A stretch of DNA of 30,260 nucleotides, taken from the NCBI GenBank assembly GCA_964416955.1, contig CAYQFW010000001.1, forward strand, positions 1 through 30,260. Reading direction: 5' to 3'. The DNA is from an uncultured Ruminococcus sp. Its GTDB lineage: Bacteria; Bacillota; Clostridia; Oscillospirales; Acutalibacteraceae. The notes beneath the pieces were generated by a model. It made no database searches, was not told the DNA's origin, and worked only from the letters and a program-made list of their open reading frames with translations. Each line of letters starts with the position of its first letter. Within the stretch, counting starts at the first letter, position 1. Below, piece by piece: positions 1-11,300 of the stretch. Made by a program: the position numbers and the translations under genes.

Positions 1-28
1 GGAGTGCGCCTCGAAGGGAGTTTGTGTT

Positions 29-898
29 TTATCTTTCTTTACCGATAAAGAATATTGCCAATGTTCCGGGGCCGGAGTGTGAAACGATTACGGGGTCTAA
101 ACAGTTATACACAATATTTTTTACTCCGTAACGCTTTTTAACTTCTTCTCCGATAATCTTTGCTTCATCTTGACAGTCACCGTGAACTATAAAAATATCT
201 TGGTTTTTAATATCAACACCCTTTTCGCCGACCGATTCAACAAGATGATTTATAGCAGCCTTTCTGCCTCGGGCTTTACCCGTAACATAAAGTTTACCGT
301 CATTTGCAACATGCATTAAAGGTTTGATATTCATAAGTGAACCGAAAACTGCACTTGTGCCCGAAAGACGTCCGCCGCGCTTTAAGAAGAAAAGGTCATC
401 AAGAGTAAATGTATGGCAAATTTTAAGTTTATTTGCTTCAACCCACTCGGCAACTTCCTCCATTGTTTTTCCTTCAGTTTTCATTTTAACAGCATAATGA
501 ACAAGCAAACCTTCACCCATTGAAGCGCAAAGTGTATCAATAACAATGATTTTACGGTCGGGAAACATTTCTTTGTAATCTTCTGCTGAATTTACAATAT
601 TTTGATATGTACCAGAAAGGCCCGAAGAAAATGCCAAAACCAAAACATCGTATCCGTCTTCCAGAACAGGTAAGATTGTTTTATCGCAATCTTCGCGGTT
701 TGCAAGAGAGGTTGTGATTTTTCCTTTTTCGCGTAAAATACGATAAGCATTGCTATAGTCAATCTTTTTACCTTTGACATAACTGTCAAAACCGGTGTCG
801 CCGATATAGTATTTCAAAGAAAGTATTTCCACGCTGTACTGCGCAATCTGCTCGTCGGTGAGATTTGCGCAAGAATCAGTTATAATTTTATAAGCCAT
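29..898 (-). CDS. DegV family fatty-acid-binding protein
   Basis: 289 aa with DegV motifs [24 protein letters not shown] and SHSGPG. Confidence 0.95.
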   Translation of the reverse strand: MAYKIITDSCANLTDEQIAQYSVEILSLKYYIGDTGFDSYVKGKKIDYSNAYRILREKGKITTSLANREDCDKTILPVLEDGYDVLVLAFSSGLSGTYQNIVNSAEDYKEMFPDRKIIVIDTLCASMGEGLLVHYAVKMKTEGKTMEEVAEWVEANKLKICHTFTLDDLFFLKRGGRLSGTSAVFGSLMNIKPLMHVANDGKLYVTGKARGRKAAINHLVESVGEKGVDIKNQDIFIVHGDCQDEAKIIGEEVKKRYGVKNIVYNCLDPVIVSHSGPGTLAIFFIGKER

Positions 899-995
899 TT
901 ATATCACCTTTCAAAATTACTGTTCCAATTATACAAGATTAAAGCAATACAATCAATCTAAAAACTCTTTTATTTTCTCTACCGAAAAAACCAAA

Positions 996-1025
996 GCGGT
1001 AGAGTTGAAAGCACAACTCTACCGC
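996..1025 (-). terminator. Intrinsic terminator after the ECF S-component gene
   Basis: Perfect 12-bp stem gcggtagagttg/caactctaccgc, followed on the minus strand by tttggtttttt. Confidence 0.7.
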
Positions 1026-1040
1026 CAAGAGAATTTCGCT

Positions 1041-1553
1041 TTATAACACCTTTTCGAAAGCCTTTGATATAGGTTTGTAAAGCAAAAATGTCAACAAAAG
1101 ATTGCCAAAACAATGCAACAAATCAAATCCTATACCGCTTATTATCCAGCTTATACCATAGCCGATACCACCTATAAAAAAATAGGGCATAGAACAAAGT
1201 GTGCCAAATAATAGCCCGAAAATTCCCGAAATCAGAGTAAAAAGTATGCGGCTTTCAATTTTTCGCACAAGGCAAATTATAAGCACCAAAACCGCCCATA
1301 CATAAAGATAGCCTATCACCCAAACCTCTAATCCGTAGGTCAGAACTTCTAAGCCCACAAAGATATAAACACTTGCAAGTGATTTTACTCCGAATTTTCG
1401 CGCGGTAAGAATTATTAAAAATGAAACCAATTCAATATTAGGCAGCGAAGACATTATAATCTGCGAAACATACATCAAAACGCCCAAAAGCGTTAAAATT
1501 AAAATTTCGCGCAGATTATGCCGGCGTGTGTGTGATTTCAAATTCATCACCAT
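1041..1553 (-). CDS. ECF transporter S component, probably cobalamin/corrinoid-specific (CbrT-like)
   Basis: 170-aa hydrophobic protein with about 5-6 TM segments, LPNIELVS motif and FDLLH.FGN motif; lies downstream of a B12 riboswitch. Confidence 0.8.
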   Translation of the reverse strand: MVMNLKSHTRRHNLREILILTLLGVLMYVSQIIMSSLPNIELVSFLIILTARKFGVKSLASVYIFVGLEVLTYGLEVWVIGYLYVWAVLVLIICLVRKIESRILFTLISGIFGLLFGTLCSMPYFFIGGIGYGISWIISGIGFDLLHCFGNLLLTFLLYKPISKAFEKVL

Positions 1554-1908
1554 CCACTATCGGCAACTCATTTGCGCCAACTGTTGTCATTTCGCCGCCT
1601 TTTGTGAAACACCACCACGCTTTGTCAAGCATATAGTCGGCGCGAACACCGTCAACCGTACTATAAAATCCTGTGGTGTGTTCTGTTTCGGGTACAAGTT
1701 TCTTCTCAAACAAAGCATCTCCCAAATTTTCGGCATCGGTAAAAATTTCAAATTCCTTCTCAGTTTTGTCTTCATACACTACCGTAACGGTTATATTCTT
1801 ATTGCCTTTTTGGAAATCGAGCTCCCCTTTTGCGAGCAGCACACCAAACACAGCAATAATAGCTACCAAAATTACTGACAGTGCAATAATCAGACCTTTC
1901 TTTTTCAT
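1516..1908 (-). CDS. DUF4430 (transcobalamin C-terminal-like) membrane-anchored protein, putative B12-binding
   Basis: N-terminal TM/signal segment, then G.Y..VDG...WWCF...G.M..VGA...I.DGD pattern; RBS aaggag. Confidence 0.85.
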   Translation of the reverse strand: MKKKGLIIALSVILVAIIAVFGVLLAKGELDFQKGNKNITVTVVYEDKTEKEFEIFTDAENLGDALFEKKLVPETEHTTGFYSTVDGVRADYMLDKAWWCFTKGGEMTTVGANELPIVDGDEFEITHTPA

Positions 1909-2051
1909 TTAAAAAACTCCTTTGTATTGTCGTCCTAAGCGTCAATACAAAAGGAGATGCAATTATAAACAGAATACCACAATACAAAATAAAGGTTCCT
2001 GAAGCTAAATACACCGTCAATTACTCGTGACACATTTGTACCGACAGCTTT

Positions 2052-2215
2052 TGGCGAGTATTCCGACTTATCGCGCGAGAGTTTCGGGAGCTCTCGGGTT
2101 CTTCGTCTTCCCGCAAACGCAGTGACATAGTGAAGAACTTTAACGCAAATTACGGCGACGAGTTCGCAGAGGAATTGCACCTCTATTCCAATTTAAGACA
2201 AACAAAAATATTTGT
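2052..2215 (-). promoter_or_regulatory. Cobalamin (B12) riboswitch
   Basis: Minus strand reads ttaaatTGGAAtagaGGTGCAATTCCtctGCG...CGCCGTAA...GTCACTG...GGGAAGAC...TAAGTCGGAATACTCGCC, the conserved B12-element order ending in the B12 box; upstream of B12-uptake-type genes. The 5' boundary is approximate. Confidence 0.9.
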
Positions 2216-2243
2216 CACCAAAAGCCTTTGCTTAAGCAACACA

Positions 2244-2272
2244 ATTTTACCACTCCAAAATTTGTATGTCAA
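2244..2272 (-). promoter_or_regulatory. Sigma-A promoter for the riboswitch/DUF4430-ECF transcript
   Basis: TTGACA-17 nt-TAAAAT on the minus strand. Confidence 0.75.
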
Positions 2273-2278
2273 GGAATA

Positions 2279-2306
2279 TTGAAAATTTTAAAATTTGTGA
2301 TATAAT
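2279..2306 (+). promoter_or_regulatory. Divergent sigma-A promoter, candidate for the 6S RNA precursor
   Basis: TTGAAA-16 nt-TATAAT with extended -10 (TGa TATAAT). Confidence 0.6.
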
Positions 2307-2464
2307 AAGAGTGTAATGTATTTCAACTTGAAACAATGCGAAACACAAAAAGATTACTCCTAAAATGAATAAAGATTTTTTCGTTTTAGGAAGCCGAGCT
2401 ATTGAAGGCGTACAACAAGTACTCCGAAAATAGCAAGGCAAAATAAAACGGAAAAAGATTATTT

Positions 2465-2658
2465 ATTTTCCGTTCTACCGTGTCGTGCTTTATATAACCC
2501 TACAACTTTTATTTCGGGGCCTTTTCTCGTGCAGTGGGCTTGCAGACCTCCCGCGGCGGTGCCGAGTTCGGAAGAAGGGAGCGCGAAGCTGTGCGGCGGG
2601 CACCCACCCTGGCTTTCGCTAGGTTATCATCAAAGCACGATACGGTTGAGCGGAAAAT
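2465..2658 (+). ncRNA. ssrS: 6S RNA
   Basis: About 190-nt intergenic rod: closing stem attttccg..accgtgtcgtgcttt pairs with aaagcacgatacggt..cggaaaat; AT-rich central bubble; GC-rich apical part with gggagcgcg and gggcacccacc motifs typical of Bacillota 6S RNA. Confidence 0.8.
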
Positions 2659-2682
2659 TTTTTAATGCGTAATGCGGAATTA

Positions 2683-2716
2683 AACCCACGGAAAAATTTC
2701 CATGGGTTATTTTTTA
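2683..2716. terminator. Terminator between 6S RNA and the convergent hydrolase gene
   Basis: Stem aacccacggaaa/tttccatgggtt followed by attttttt. Confidence 0.6.
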
Positions 2717-3544
2717 TGCTATATTCATATATTTAAGCCAATCTATTGCTTCTTTTATCCAAACACGGTTATGTTCATACGCAGGGATTATATTGTCAAT
2801 AGTTCTTTTGTCACAAGTCGAAAGACCGTGATGACCGAACGGGAAAACACGAAGCTCAAAGGGAATTTTATATTCACTCAAAGCATTTGCATACGCAAGA
2901 CTTGAATATACAGGCACCACGCCGTCTTCGGCAGTATGCCATATAAAAGCGGGCGGGGTGTTTTCTTTTACGCAATATTCAAGGCTGAAATAATTCTTTT
3001 CACTTTCACTTAAAGGATAATGACCCACGAGATTTTCAAAACTTCCCTTATGGCACTTGCCCTCTTGGGAAGTAATTACGGGATAACAAAGCAACGAAGC
3101 CGCGGGAGCCTTACTTTCGGAGAAAATTTCACGAACTTCTTTACAATCGAACATAGTGCTGTAATGCCCAGCCAGATGTCCGCCTGCCGAGAATCCCATA
3201 ATTGAGATTTTTTCAGTATCGCAAAGCCATTCTTCAGCATTTTTATAAATAAGCTCTATTGCGGCGGCAACCTCGCGGATTTGGGTAGGGAATTTTGCAG
3301 GAGCGCAGGTGTAGGTCAGTACAAAAGCATTAAATCCTTCGGGCAAAAATTCAAGCGCAATAGGTTCTGCCTCGCGCGGAGAACACTCCCTATAGCCGCC
3401 GCCCGGACAAATAAGCACGCAAGGACGCTTATAATCGGTACGGTTCATAACATCGTCGGGCAAATAGATATCAAGCGTCGGGTCAGCTCCGTTTTCACCC
3501 AGGAACTCAAAATAATCCTTTAACTGTACCTTCAAAACTTTCAT
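2714..3544 (-). CDS. Alpha/beta hydrolase (acetyl-esterase/lipase-like)
   Basis: CPGGGY oxyanion motif, GFSAGG nucleophile elbow, catalytic D (AEDGVVP) and H (GHHGL). Confidence 0.9.
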   Translation of the reverse strand: MKVLKVQLKDYFEFLGENGADPTLDIYLPDDVMNRTDYKRPCVLICPGGGYRECSPREAEPIALEFLPEGFNAFVLTYTCAPAKFPTQIREVAAAIELIYKNAEEWLCDTEKISIMGFSAGGHLAGHYSTMFDCKEVREIFSESKAPAASLLCYPVITSQEGKCHKGSFENLVGHYPLSESEKNYFSLEYCVKENTPPAFIWHTAEDGVVPVYSSLAYANALSEYKIPFELRVFPFGHHGLSTCDKRTIDNIIPAYEHNRVWIKEAIDWLKYMNIA

Positions 3545-3554
3545 TTTAATTCTC

Positions 3555-4373
3555 CTATTTTAAAACAAAGTAAAGCAAAACAATTACACCCAAAACTATA
3601 CGGTAGTAACCGAAAGCAGCAAAATCGCGCTTTTTAATATAGCTCATAAGGAATTTTATTGCAACAACCGACACAACAAAAGCTGTAATCATACCAACAA
3701 GCAAAATCACCATTTCGGTGCTTGTAAAATTAAACCCAAATTTCAAAAGTTTTATAGCGCTTGCGCCGAACATTACGGGTACAGCCATATAAAAACTGAA
3801 CTCTGCCGCCGCAACACGCGAAACCCCGATTAAAATAGCGCCTAAAATTGTAGAACCGCTCCTTGAAGTGCCCGGGATTAAAGACAATGCCTGAAAACAA
3901 CCGATTAAAAATGCAGTTTTATAAGTAATTTCCGAAATGTTGTTAACCTTAGGCACAAGTTTTTTATTACGCTTTTCTATCCATATAAACGCGATACCGT
4001 AAACTATGAGCGCTAAAGCTACCACAATATAATTATGGAACTTTTCTTCAAAAAAATCGTCAAGCGGGATGCCGATTATCGCGGCAGGCAGAATTGCCAC
4101 AATAACCTTAAACCACATTGAAAAGGCTTCTTTTTTTATGTAATGGTCTTCTTTTTTCGAAGAAAAAGGCCACATTTGTTTAAAATAAATTACCACAACC
4201 GCTAAAATTGCACCAAGTTGGATAACAACATTAAACATTTCCATAAATTCAGCCGACATATTAAGCTTTATAAATTCATCAGCAATAATCAAATGCCCCG
4301 TACTGCTAATGGGTAGCCATTCAGTAATACCTTCAATAATACCAAGAATAACTGATTTTATAATATCAAGCAT
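3555..4373 (-). CDS. uppP: Undecaprenyl-diphosphate phosphatase
   Basis: EGITEWLPISSTGH and PGTSRSG motifs; start moved to ATG 4373 (RBS gaaggtg). Confidence 0.97.
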   Translation of the reverse strand: MLDIIKSVILGIIEGITEWLPISSTGHLIIADEFIKLNMSAEFMEMFNVVIQLGAILAVVVIYFKQMWPFSSKKEDHYIKKEAFSMWFKVIVAILPAAIIGIPLDDFFEEKFHNYIVVALALIVYGIAFIWIEKRNKKLVPKVNNISEITYKTAFLIGCFQALSLIPGTSRSGSTILGAILIGVSRVAAAEFSFYMAVPVMFGASAIKLLKFGFNFTSTEMVILLVGMITAFVVSVVAIKFLMSYIKKRDFAAFGYYRIVLGVIVLLYFVLK

Positions 4374-4437
4374 AAAATACTCACCTTCCAAAAATATTAT
4401 AAAAGGGTTACTAATAATTAGCAACCCTTTTTTACAT

Positions 4438-5859
4438 TTATTTTCCTAAAATTTCTTTATAAAGTCTTATATATGCATTAGCCGAGGTTTTCCAACTGTT
4501 GTCGCAACCCATAGCGCGTTTTTGGAGAATTGTCCAACCGTCTTTGTCGCTATAGCCTTCAAGCGAGCGCCAAACGGCAGTCAGCATATCGTGAGCATTA
4601 TAGCTTGCAAAGGTGAAGCCGTTACCCTTACCGTCACCGCTGTCAAAAATGGTATCGTTAAGACCGCCTGTTTTACGGACAATCGGAATTGTGCCATAGC
4701 GCAAAGCCACCATCTGCGCCAGACCGCAAGGCTCGCTAAGGCTTGGCATTAAGAAAATATCCGCTCCCGCGTAGATGCAGTGAGCAAGCTTTGGCTTAAA
4801 GCCCAAAACAACACTTACCTTTTCAGGATATTTACTTGCCATTTCGCTGAAGAAACTTTCAAACTCGTATTCGCCTGAACCAAGAATGACAACCTGAACA
4901 TCTTTAGCAACAATTTCCTCAAAAACACATTTCACAAGGTCAAGCCCCTTATGCTTTACAAGGCGGGTTACCATACCGATAAGCGCGACATCTTCTCTTT
5001 CGGGAAGTCCGACCTCTTTTTGAAGCTTTTTCTTGTTTTCAGCCTTTTTATCAAGGCTCTCCATACCGTAATTTTTATAAATAAGCGGGTCGGTTTCAGG
5101 ATTATAAACATCAACATCAATACCGTTTACTATGCCCGAAAGTTTATCTGTAAAGTTTTTAAGAATACTATCAAGACCGTGTGAATAGAATGGGTCGAGT
5201 ATTTCCTTTGAATAGGTCGGAGACACAGTGGTGATTTTATCCGCGCACTGAATACCGCCCTTCATTAAGTTTATGCAGCCGTCATATTCCATTATGCTCT
5301 TGTTATCTTCTGGCAAGCCTAAAACATCACCGTAAAGTTCGTCACCGTATTTACCCTGATACTGAATATTGTGAATTGTATAAACTGTTTTGATATCCTT
5401 ATACGCTTCATTTTGCTTATAAAAAGCATTTAAGTAAACAGGAATTAAAGCGGTTTGCCAATCATTACAGTGGATAACATCAGGCTTAAAGCCAATATGC
5501 GGAATCACCTCTAACACCGCGCGAGAGAAAAAGGCATAACGCTCGGCGTCGTCATAATAACCGTAAAGTCCTTCGCGGTTAAAGTAATACTGGTTATCAA
5601 TGAAATAATAGATAACGCCGTCAAGATGGGCTTCAAACACACCGCAATACTGTCTTCTCCAGGCAACAGGAACGGTTATATTACAAACAAAGGTCATCGT
5701 TTTGCGCATTTCCTCGGAAATCGTAGCGTAAAGCGGCAAAATTATGCGGCAACCGACAAATCTTTTGCGAAGCGCTTTCGGGAGTGCGCCCGCAACGTCG
5801 GCAAGCCCGCCCGAGCAGGCATAGGGGTAAGCTTCACTTGAAGCAAATAAAACTTTCAT
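4438..5859 (-). CDS. glgA: Glycogen synthase
   Basis: SGGLADV, HCNDWQT, TIHNIQYQG, EPCGLAQM, TGGLNDT motifs. Confidence 0.97.
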   Translation of the reverse strand: MKVLFASSEAYPYACSGGLADVAGALPKALRKRFVGCRIILPLYATISEEMRKTMTFVCNITVPVAWRRQYCGVFEAHLDGVIYYFIDNQYYFNREGLYGYYDDAERYAFFSRAVLEVIPHIGFKPDVIHCNDWQTALIPVYLNAFYKQNEAYKDIKTVYTIHNIQYQGKYGDELYGDVLGLPEDNKSIMEYDGCINLMKGGIQCADKITTVSPTYSKEILDPFYSHGLDSILKNFTDKLSGIVNGIDVDVYNPETDPLIYKNYGMESLDKKAENKKKLQKEVGLPEREDVALIGMVTRLVKHKGLDLVKCVFEEIVAKDVQVVILGSGEYEFESFFSEMASKYPEKVSVVLGFKPKLAHCIYAGADIFLMPSLSEPCGLAQMVALRYGTIPIVRKTGGLNDTIFDSGDGKGNGFTFASYNAHDMLTAVWRSLEGYSDKDGWTILQKRAMGCDNSWKTSANAYIRLYKEILGK

Positions 5860-5868
5860 ATTTTTCTC

Positions 5869-6981
5869 CTAAAGTATTTGGTTTTTATCTATAAAGCAAA
5901 GTCTTTCTTCGGTTCCTTTTAAAACTATGCCTTTATCAATAACGGCGTTTTTATCGGCGATTACATTACTAATGGTAGCATTTTCGCCAACAACACCTTC
6001 TTGCATTATAATGCAGTTTTCAACAATCGCGCCCTTTTCAACCTTTACACCGCGAAACAAAATACTATTTTTAACAGTACCCTCAATCACACAGTCATCA
6101 CCAATTATACAGTTCTTAACCTCTGCCGAAACACCATAGCGTGTAGGCATACCGTCGCGCACCTTGGTAAATATCGGGCGTTTTTTGTTGAAAAGCTGTT
6201 TTCTGACCTTGCTATCGAGCAAAGCCATACTCTCTTCATAGTATGTAGCTGTGTTATCCATAACAGCAACATATTCACTATGCTCAAAACCGTAAATTTT
6301 AAGCTCTTTAGTCTTTTTGGAAATAACTTCCCGCGCAAAGCTTGTAAGTCCGTCTTCGTCGGCTTCGGTTGCAAGTTTTAAAAGCAGGTCTTTGCCGATA
6401 ATACTAACACCGATACCAAAAGAAGTTTCCTGTTCTTCTTCGCTAAAGGTAATTTCTTTAACGCGGTCTTGTGCGTCAAGCGACAAAATCATTTTTTCTG
6501 CAGATTTTTCGGGCAAAACGCCATTATGATATACAACTGTGATATCTGCACCATTATCTTTATGCTGTTTTAAAGCGGCTTTTAAATCGATATTAGCGAT
6601 TACGTGAGAATCGTAGAGCACGATATACTCAGCACCGCATTTTTCGATATAATCAGTCGAGCCGGCTATTGCCGAAACTGTACCCACAAAACGCTTAACG
6701 CCACGCTTGTAGTAAGGCGGGATAAAGTATACACCGCCGTTTTTACGGTCAAGGTCCCAAGAAATTCCGTTGCCAACATGATCCATAAGCGAACGGTAAT
6801 TTTCTCTTGTAATAATGCCAACCGAAGTTACACCTGTATTAACAAGGTTGGAAAGCGCGAAATCAACAATGCGATATCTCGCACCAAAGGGCACAGAAGC
6901 CATTGAACGATTGGCAGTTAATTTTTTAAGTTTATCGTCAGAATTTGCAAAAATCAAACCTGCTACTGCTGATGTTCTCAT
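5869..6981 (-). CDS. glgD: Glucose-1-phosphate adenylyltransferase subunit GlgD
   Basis: [27 protein letters not shown]-terminal hexapeptide repeats; lacks the catalytic LAGG loop; overlaps glgC stop. Confidence 0.93.
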   Translation of the reverse strand: MRTSAVAGLIFANSDDKLKKLTANRSMASVPFGARYRIVDFALSNLVNTGVTSVGIITRENYRSLMDHVGNGISWDLDRKNGGVYFIPPYYKRGVKRFVGTVSAIAGSTDYIEKCGAEYIVLYDSHVIANIDLKAALKQHKDNGADITVVYHNGVLPEKSAEKMILSLDAQDRVKEITFSEEEQETSFGIGVSIIGKDLLLKLATEADEDGLTSFAREVISKKTKELKIYGFEHSEYVAVMDNTATYYEESMALLDSKVRKQLFNKKRPIFTKVRDGMPTRYGVSAEVKNCIIGDDCVIEGTVKNSILFRGVKVEKGAIVENCIIMQEGVVGENATISNVIADKNAVIDKGIVLKGTEERLCFIDKNQIL

Positions 6982-8192
6982 ATAGTTTCGCCCTCCTCAA
7001 CATTTTCTGTAATCATTTTACTGGCTGTAACGACGGCATTTTTGCCAACTGTAAGATTATCACCTATAACAGCAATACCCCAGTTTTCATCCCCTGTGGC
7101 ATTAGGTTCTTCACCCACAATAGCGCCTTCTTCAATAATGCTGTTTTCAGCAATTATGCTATACTGAACTTTGGCTCCGCTTTTTATAACTGCGCCCGGC
7201 ATCACAAGTGAATAAAGCACCTGTGCGCCCTCTTCAACCGTTACATTTTTGAAGAGAACGGAATAGTCAACCTTACCATAAATTTCACAGCCATCGGTAA
7301 CAAGCGAATTTTCCACAACTGCTTCGGTTGAAATATACTGCGGAGGCATACCCGTACTTTTAGAATAAATCTTCCAATTTTTATCGGCTAAGTTAAGGTT
7401 GATTTTGGGATTCAAAAGGTCTAAGTTTGCTTCCCAGAGAGAATCAACCGTTCCAACGTCTTTCCAATAATCGTTAAAGCGGTAAACCTTCAAAAGCTGA
7501 TTGTCACCAAGCATCATAGGAATAATATTTTTGCCGAAGTCGTTAGAAGAATCGGGGTTCTTTTCGTCTTCGGTAAGGTAATAACGCAATTTTTCCCAAG
7601 TAAATATGTAAATACCCATTGAAGCGAGAGTGCTCTTCGGAACCTTTGGCTTTTCCTCAAATTCATAAATTGTTCCGTCTTCGCGGGCATTCATAATGCC
7701 AAAACGGGAAGCTTCTTCCAAAGACACATCTAAAACTGCAATTGTGCAGTCTGCACCCGTTTCAATATGCTGATTAAGCATATCCGAATAATCCATCTTA
7801 TAAATATGGTCACCCGAAAGGATAAGCACATATTCGGGGTTGTAGCGTTCTAAGAACTCAAGGTTCTGATAAATCGCATTAGCAGTACCTTTATACCAAT
7901 TTCCACCCTGCGCGGTATGGTAAGGGGGCAAAATATGCACACCGCCGTCGGTACGGTTAAGGTCCCAAGGTTTACCCGAAGCCACATAATCATTAAGCTC
8001 GAGCGGTTTATACTGCGTGAGAATACCAACTGTATCGATACCCGAATTGGTACAGTTAGAAAGCGGAAAATCTATAATTCTATACTTTCCGCCGTAAGGA
8101 ACAGCAGGCTTTGCAATTTTACTTGTAAGCACTCCTAAACGGCTGCCCTGTCCACCCGCCAAAAGCATTGCGACACATTTTTTGCTTTTCAA
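6978..8192 (-). CDS. glgC: Glucose-1-phosphate adenylyltransferase
   Basis: [43 protein letters not shown] motifs. Confidence 0.97.
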   Translation of the reverse strand: MKSKKCVAMLLAGGQGSRLGVLTSKIAKPAVPYGGKYRIIDFPLSNCTNSGIDTVGILTQYKPLELNDYVASGKPWDLNRTDGGVHILPPYHTAQGGNWYKGTANAIYQNLEFLERYNPEYVLILSGDHIYKMDYSDMLNQHIETGADCTIAVLDVSLEEASRFGIMNAREDGTIYEFEEKPKVPKSTLASMGIYIFTWEKLRYYLTEDEKNPDSSNDFGKNIIPMMLGDNQLLKVYRFNDYWKDVGTVDSLWEANLDLLNPKINLNLADKNWKIYSKSTGMPPQYISTEAVVENSLVTDGCEIYGKVDYSVLFKNVTVEEGAQVLYSLVMPGAVIKSGAKVQYSIIAENSIIEEGAIVGEEPNATGDENWGIAVIGDNLTVGKNAVVTASKMITENVEEGETI

Positions 8193-8227
8193 AAAATATC
8201 ACTCCCACTATTTTCTTTATATTACTC

Positions 8228-8256
8228 ATTATATCAGTTAAAAATGTCTTTTTCAA
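8228..8256 (-). promoter_or_regulatory. Sigma-A promoter for glgCDA
   Basis: TTGAAA-17 nt-TATAAT with extended -10 TG on the minus strand. Confidence 0.7.
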
Positions 8257-8348
8257 GTGAATTTTGTTAAAATTAAAAGACCAAATTATAATTTTTTCAC
8301 CCAAATTTGTTAAATATATACAAAAAACAAACCATTTTACACCATAAT

Positions 8349-8376
8349 AAAAGGACTGCCTTGCGACAGTCCTTTT
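8349..8376. terminator. Bidirectional intrinsic terminator after the large surface protein gene
   Basis: aaaaggactg-ccttgcga-cagtcctttt inverted repeat. Confidence 0.75.
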
Positions 8377-8380
8377 AAAA

Positions 8381-11300
8381 TCAGTTAGTTACATTATCTT
8401 TTTTCTTTTTAAAAATAAGAACCAAAATCAAGCCTGCGATAACAATTAAAGCTACAACAGAAGCCACTATAACCCAGATAACCCAGCCGTCGTTAGCGCC
8501 ATCAGCGTTGATGGTTTTTGGCGGATCATACTTAAGTTTTACATTAGTATCAGAATTTTCAAAAATCTCAACTTCTCTGAATGTGTACTCAGAACCGTCG
8601 GAAAGAACAGTGTAAAGTCTGTATGTTCCAACAGGTAAATTACCAAATCCAAACTCACCGTTTTCATTGGTAGTAACCTGACCGTTGATACCCTCGATAT
8701 AAATTCTTACACCCGAAACGGTTTCAAGATAAGGTGTATAAACTGTACCGAAAAGGTTTCCGCTTGGCACAATCTCTTCTACACGCTCGCCGCCTTCAAC
8801 AGTTATTCCATCCTTAACATCCGACACACCGTCAGAATTGCTATCCTGCTGAGATTGTGAATCACCATAGCTTATAACCAAATTAAAGGTTACTTTGTCC
8901 GCTTCTTCAATAAATGTAGCGTATCCTGTTTGAATATTTTTTCCTCTTTCGGTTATAACATAAAGCTCATAATATCCAATAACAATCTTATCCTTAAAGG
9001 TGAAATTGCCTTTTGAATCAGTTATGGCTGTATATGTTTGGAGAGAAGAAATCAATTGCACCTTATGGTTTGCAACGGGATTTCCGTTTGTATCCTTAAG
9101 TGTTCCCTTTACCTCGCCTGCATATGCTGTGTAAATTTCGTCTTCCTTAACCTGATCATCAGTCCACCACTTACCGTCGTTGGGCGAACAAGCGTCGATA
9201 AGCTCTTGAATGGTATCTATACTAAAGTTAACAACCTTAAGTTTTGTATTACCGTTAAATTCAAGCCTACCTGTGCCGCCATTATCACCTGTGAAAATTG
9301 CTCCCCAGAATTCATAACCTACTGCCCAGTAATCAAGTCCGCTGTGTAAATTATTATTAGGCATTATATTAGTCTTTTTCTTGTCATTTTTATTGTAGAC
9401 TGAAACATCAAATAAATAGCCCTCATCAAACGGGAACATTTCTATTCCAAAGAAAGCTGTCGGATAAGAGTATTCTTCGGGAACTGTTATTTCGCAAACT
9501 ACCTTGTAATAATTATTAACCTTTTCTTCCGAAATAATTTCTACAGTACCAAGCGCCCAACGATAGTCACCGTTTTGCATAACGACAGGGTTTAAATCCT
9601 CGTAACGCGAAGACCAGACGCTGTACTCCATACGGTAAGTTTCTCCGGGAGTTACCGGAACTCTTACATATAAATTTTGCAAATGTCCGGAATTGCGGAA
9701 ATAAAGCATTTTATGCAAATCGCTGCTTAAATACGGTATTTCCTCGTCCGAAATAACATATTCACCGCTGGAAAGTATCACCTTGCCGCCTTCAAATGTA
9801 TCCATTTTTTTAACATCATATTGGCGAACATAAGCTTTTTTATTATCCTTGATATTAAATGTACCTACTTCGTCACCAAAAGAAATCAAATCAGGGGTAG
9901 AAGAGTAATTGGTAATATACCATTTTCCGCCGCCCGCTTCAATTTTATTAAAGTTGGTTTTAACAGCTTGTGTAACACTAACATCTTTATTTACTATCAA
10001 CTGAATTGTGCCGCCCACATTTACCGTTGCATCGGCAATAAGTTTGTCAAAGCTGATTGCTTTAGCGTTTTTAACATTGATATAAATATCGCCGTTATAG
10101 GTGGTTGTTGTTCCGGAACGCGCACCCAATTTAACATTTAACGAGGTTTCGGCATTATCAACAATTATATTTATCTTATTATCATAGGTTGTGTTACCAT
10201 AGCCTGTAGCAAGCTTAAATTCCATGGCAGAAATCAAACCGTAAACCTCTATATTCTGAGGTTCGGTAACTGTACCTGGAGAAGTAACACCGCCTATATT
10301 TATATAGTTGGTTGATATAGTAGAATTTGAATCTATAACAACATTGTAATGTCCAAATCCAACACCGGCATTCATATTTTTCTGTACCAATATTACAGAC
10401 TCAAGCCGTGTATTACCTGCGAACACAATGCCCTTGGAAGATACAACAGTTGCTGTTTTCGGTTGTTCTGCCGACTTAATGACTAATGCAGGTGCGCAGT
10501 TTACAGCATCCTCACCCCATTCAACCTCTTGATCGGTTGCAACCATAATGTTCGCTGTATCCAAACTTCCCAACGGGTCTTGCGCAATAAGTCTTGTCGC
10601 ATCAGCGATAGTTTTAACAGGGTTTGCTTTTGTACCCGCTGTTTTTGGACGCGTGCCAGCCACAACCGAGATACCGTCGGCGCTTACATAATAATCCTTT
10701 GCAATTACAGGTCTGTCAACACGTACAACATACTCGCCGGGTTTATCAAATGTCAAGTAACCGTTTTTGGCTTTAACTTCGCTGGAATCAGATTTCGAAA
10801 CCGCAATAACATCATATTCGGAATTTACTTTATACTTACCAACCGTTTCGGTAAACCCAAGTAAATCGTCATAACCTGAATTATTAACAATCCAGTAAAC
10901 CCCTTTTTCAGGATTAGCCGCAGATATTAAATCTTTACCGTTCAACTGTAATCCCTGTTTATACATAATTTGTATAGCACCCTTGTGTTCAATTGAACCG
11001 CCTGCATCAATAAATCTTACAGCCTTGGCTTTTTTAATATCGATATTAAGATTAGCGTTTTCCTCATATTTTGTTGCGCCGTGATTTGACTTCAGGTATA
11101 AACCAAGTTGAGTTTCCTGATTATCAACAATAATATTGACATCGTCTGTATATATTTTTTCACCGGTAGAATCATTTGTTATCTTAGTATATGGAGCATA
11201 TACTTCACCGCGATATATTACTGTTTGTCCGTTTACCGTGCTCGGTGTTCTCGAAGTACCAAATGCAGGATACTCTACCGAATATTCTGTTCCCACATCA

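Noticed and set aside
1935..2441. ORFs 1935-2180 and 2247-2441
   Set aside because: They overlap the B12 riboswitch and promoters and have no recognisable protein features.
8381..8530. Sortase LPXTG anchor on the giant protein
   Set aside because: No LPXTG-like motif precedes the TM helix; a simple membrane anchor is more likely.
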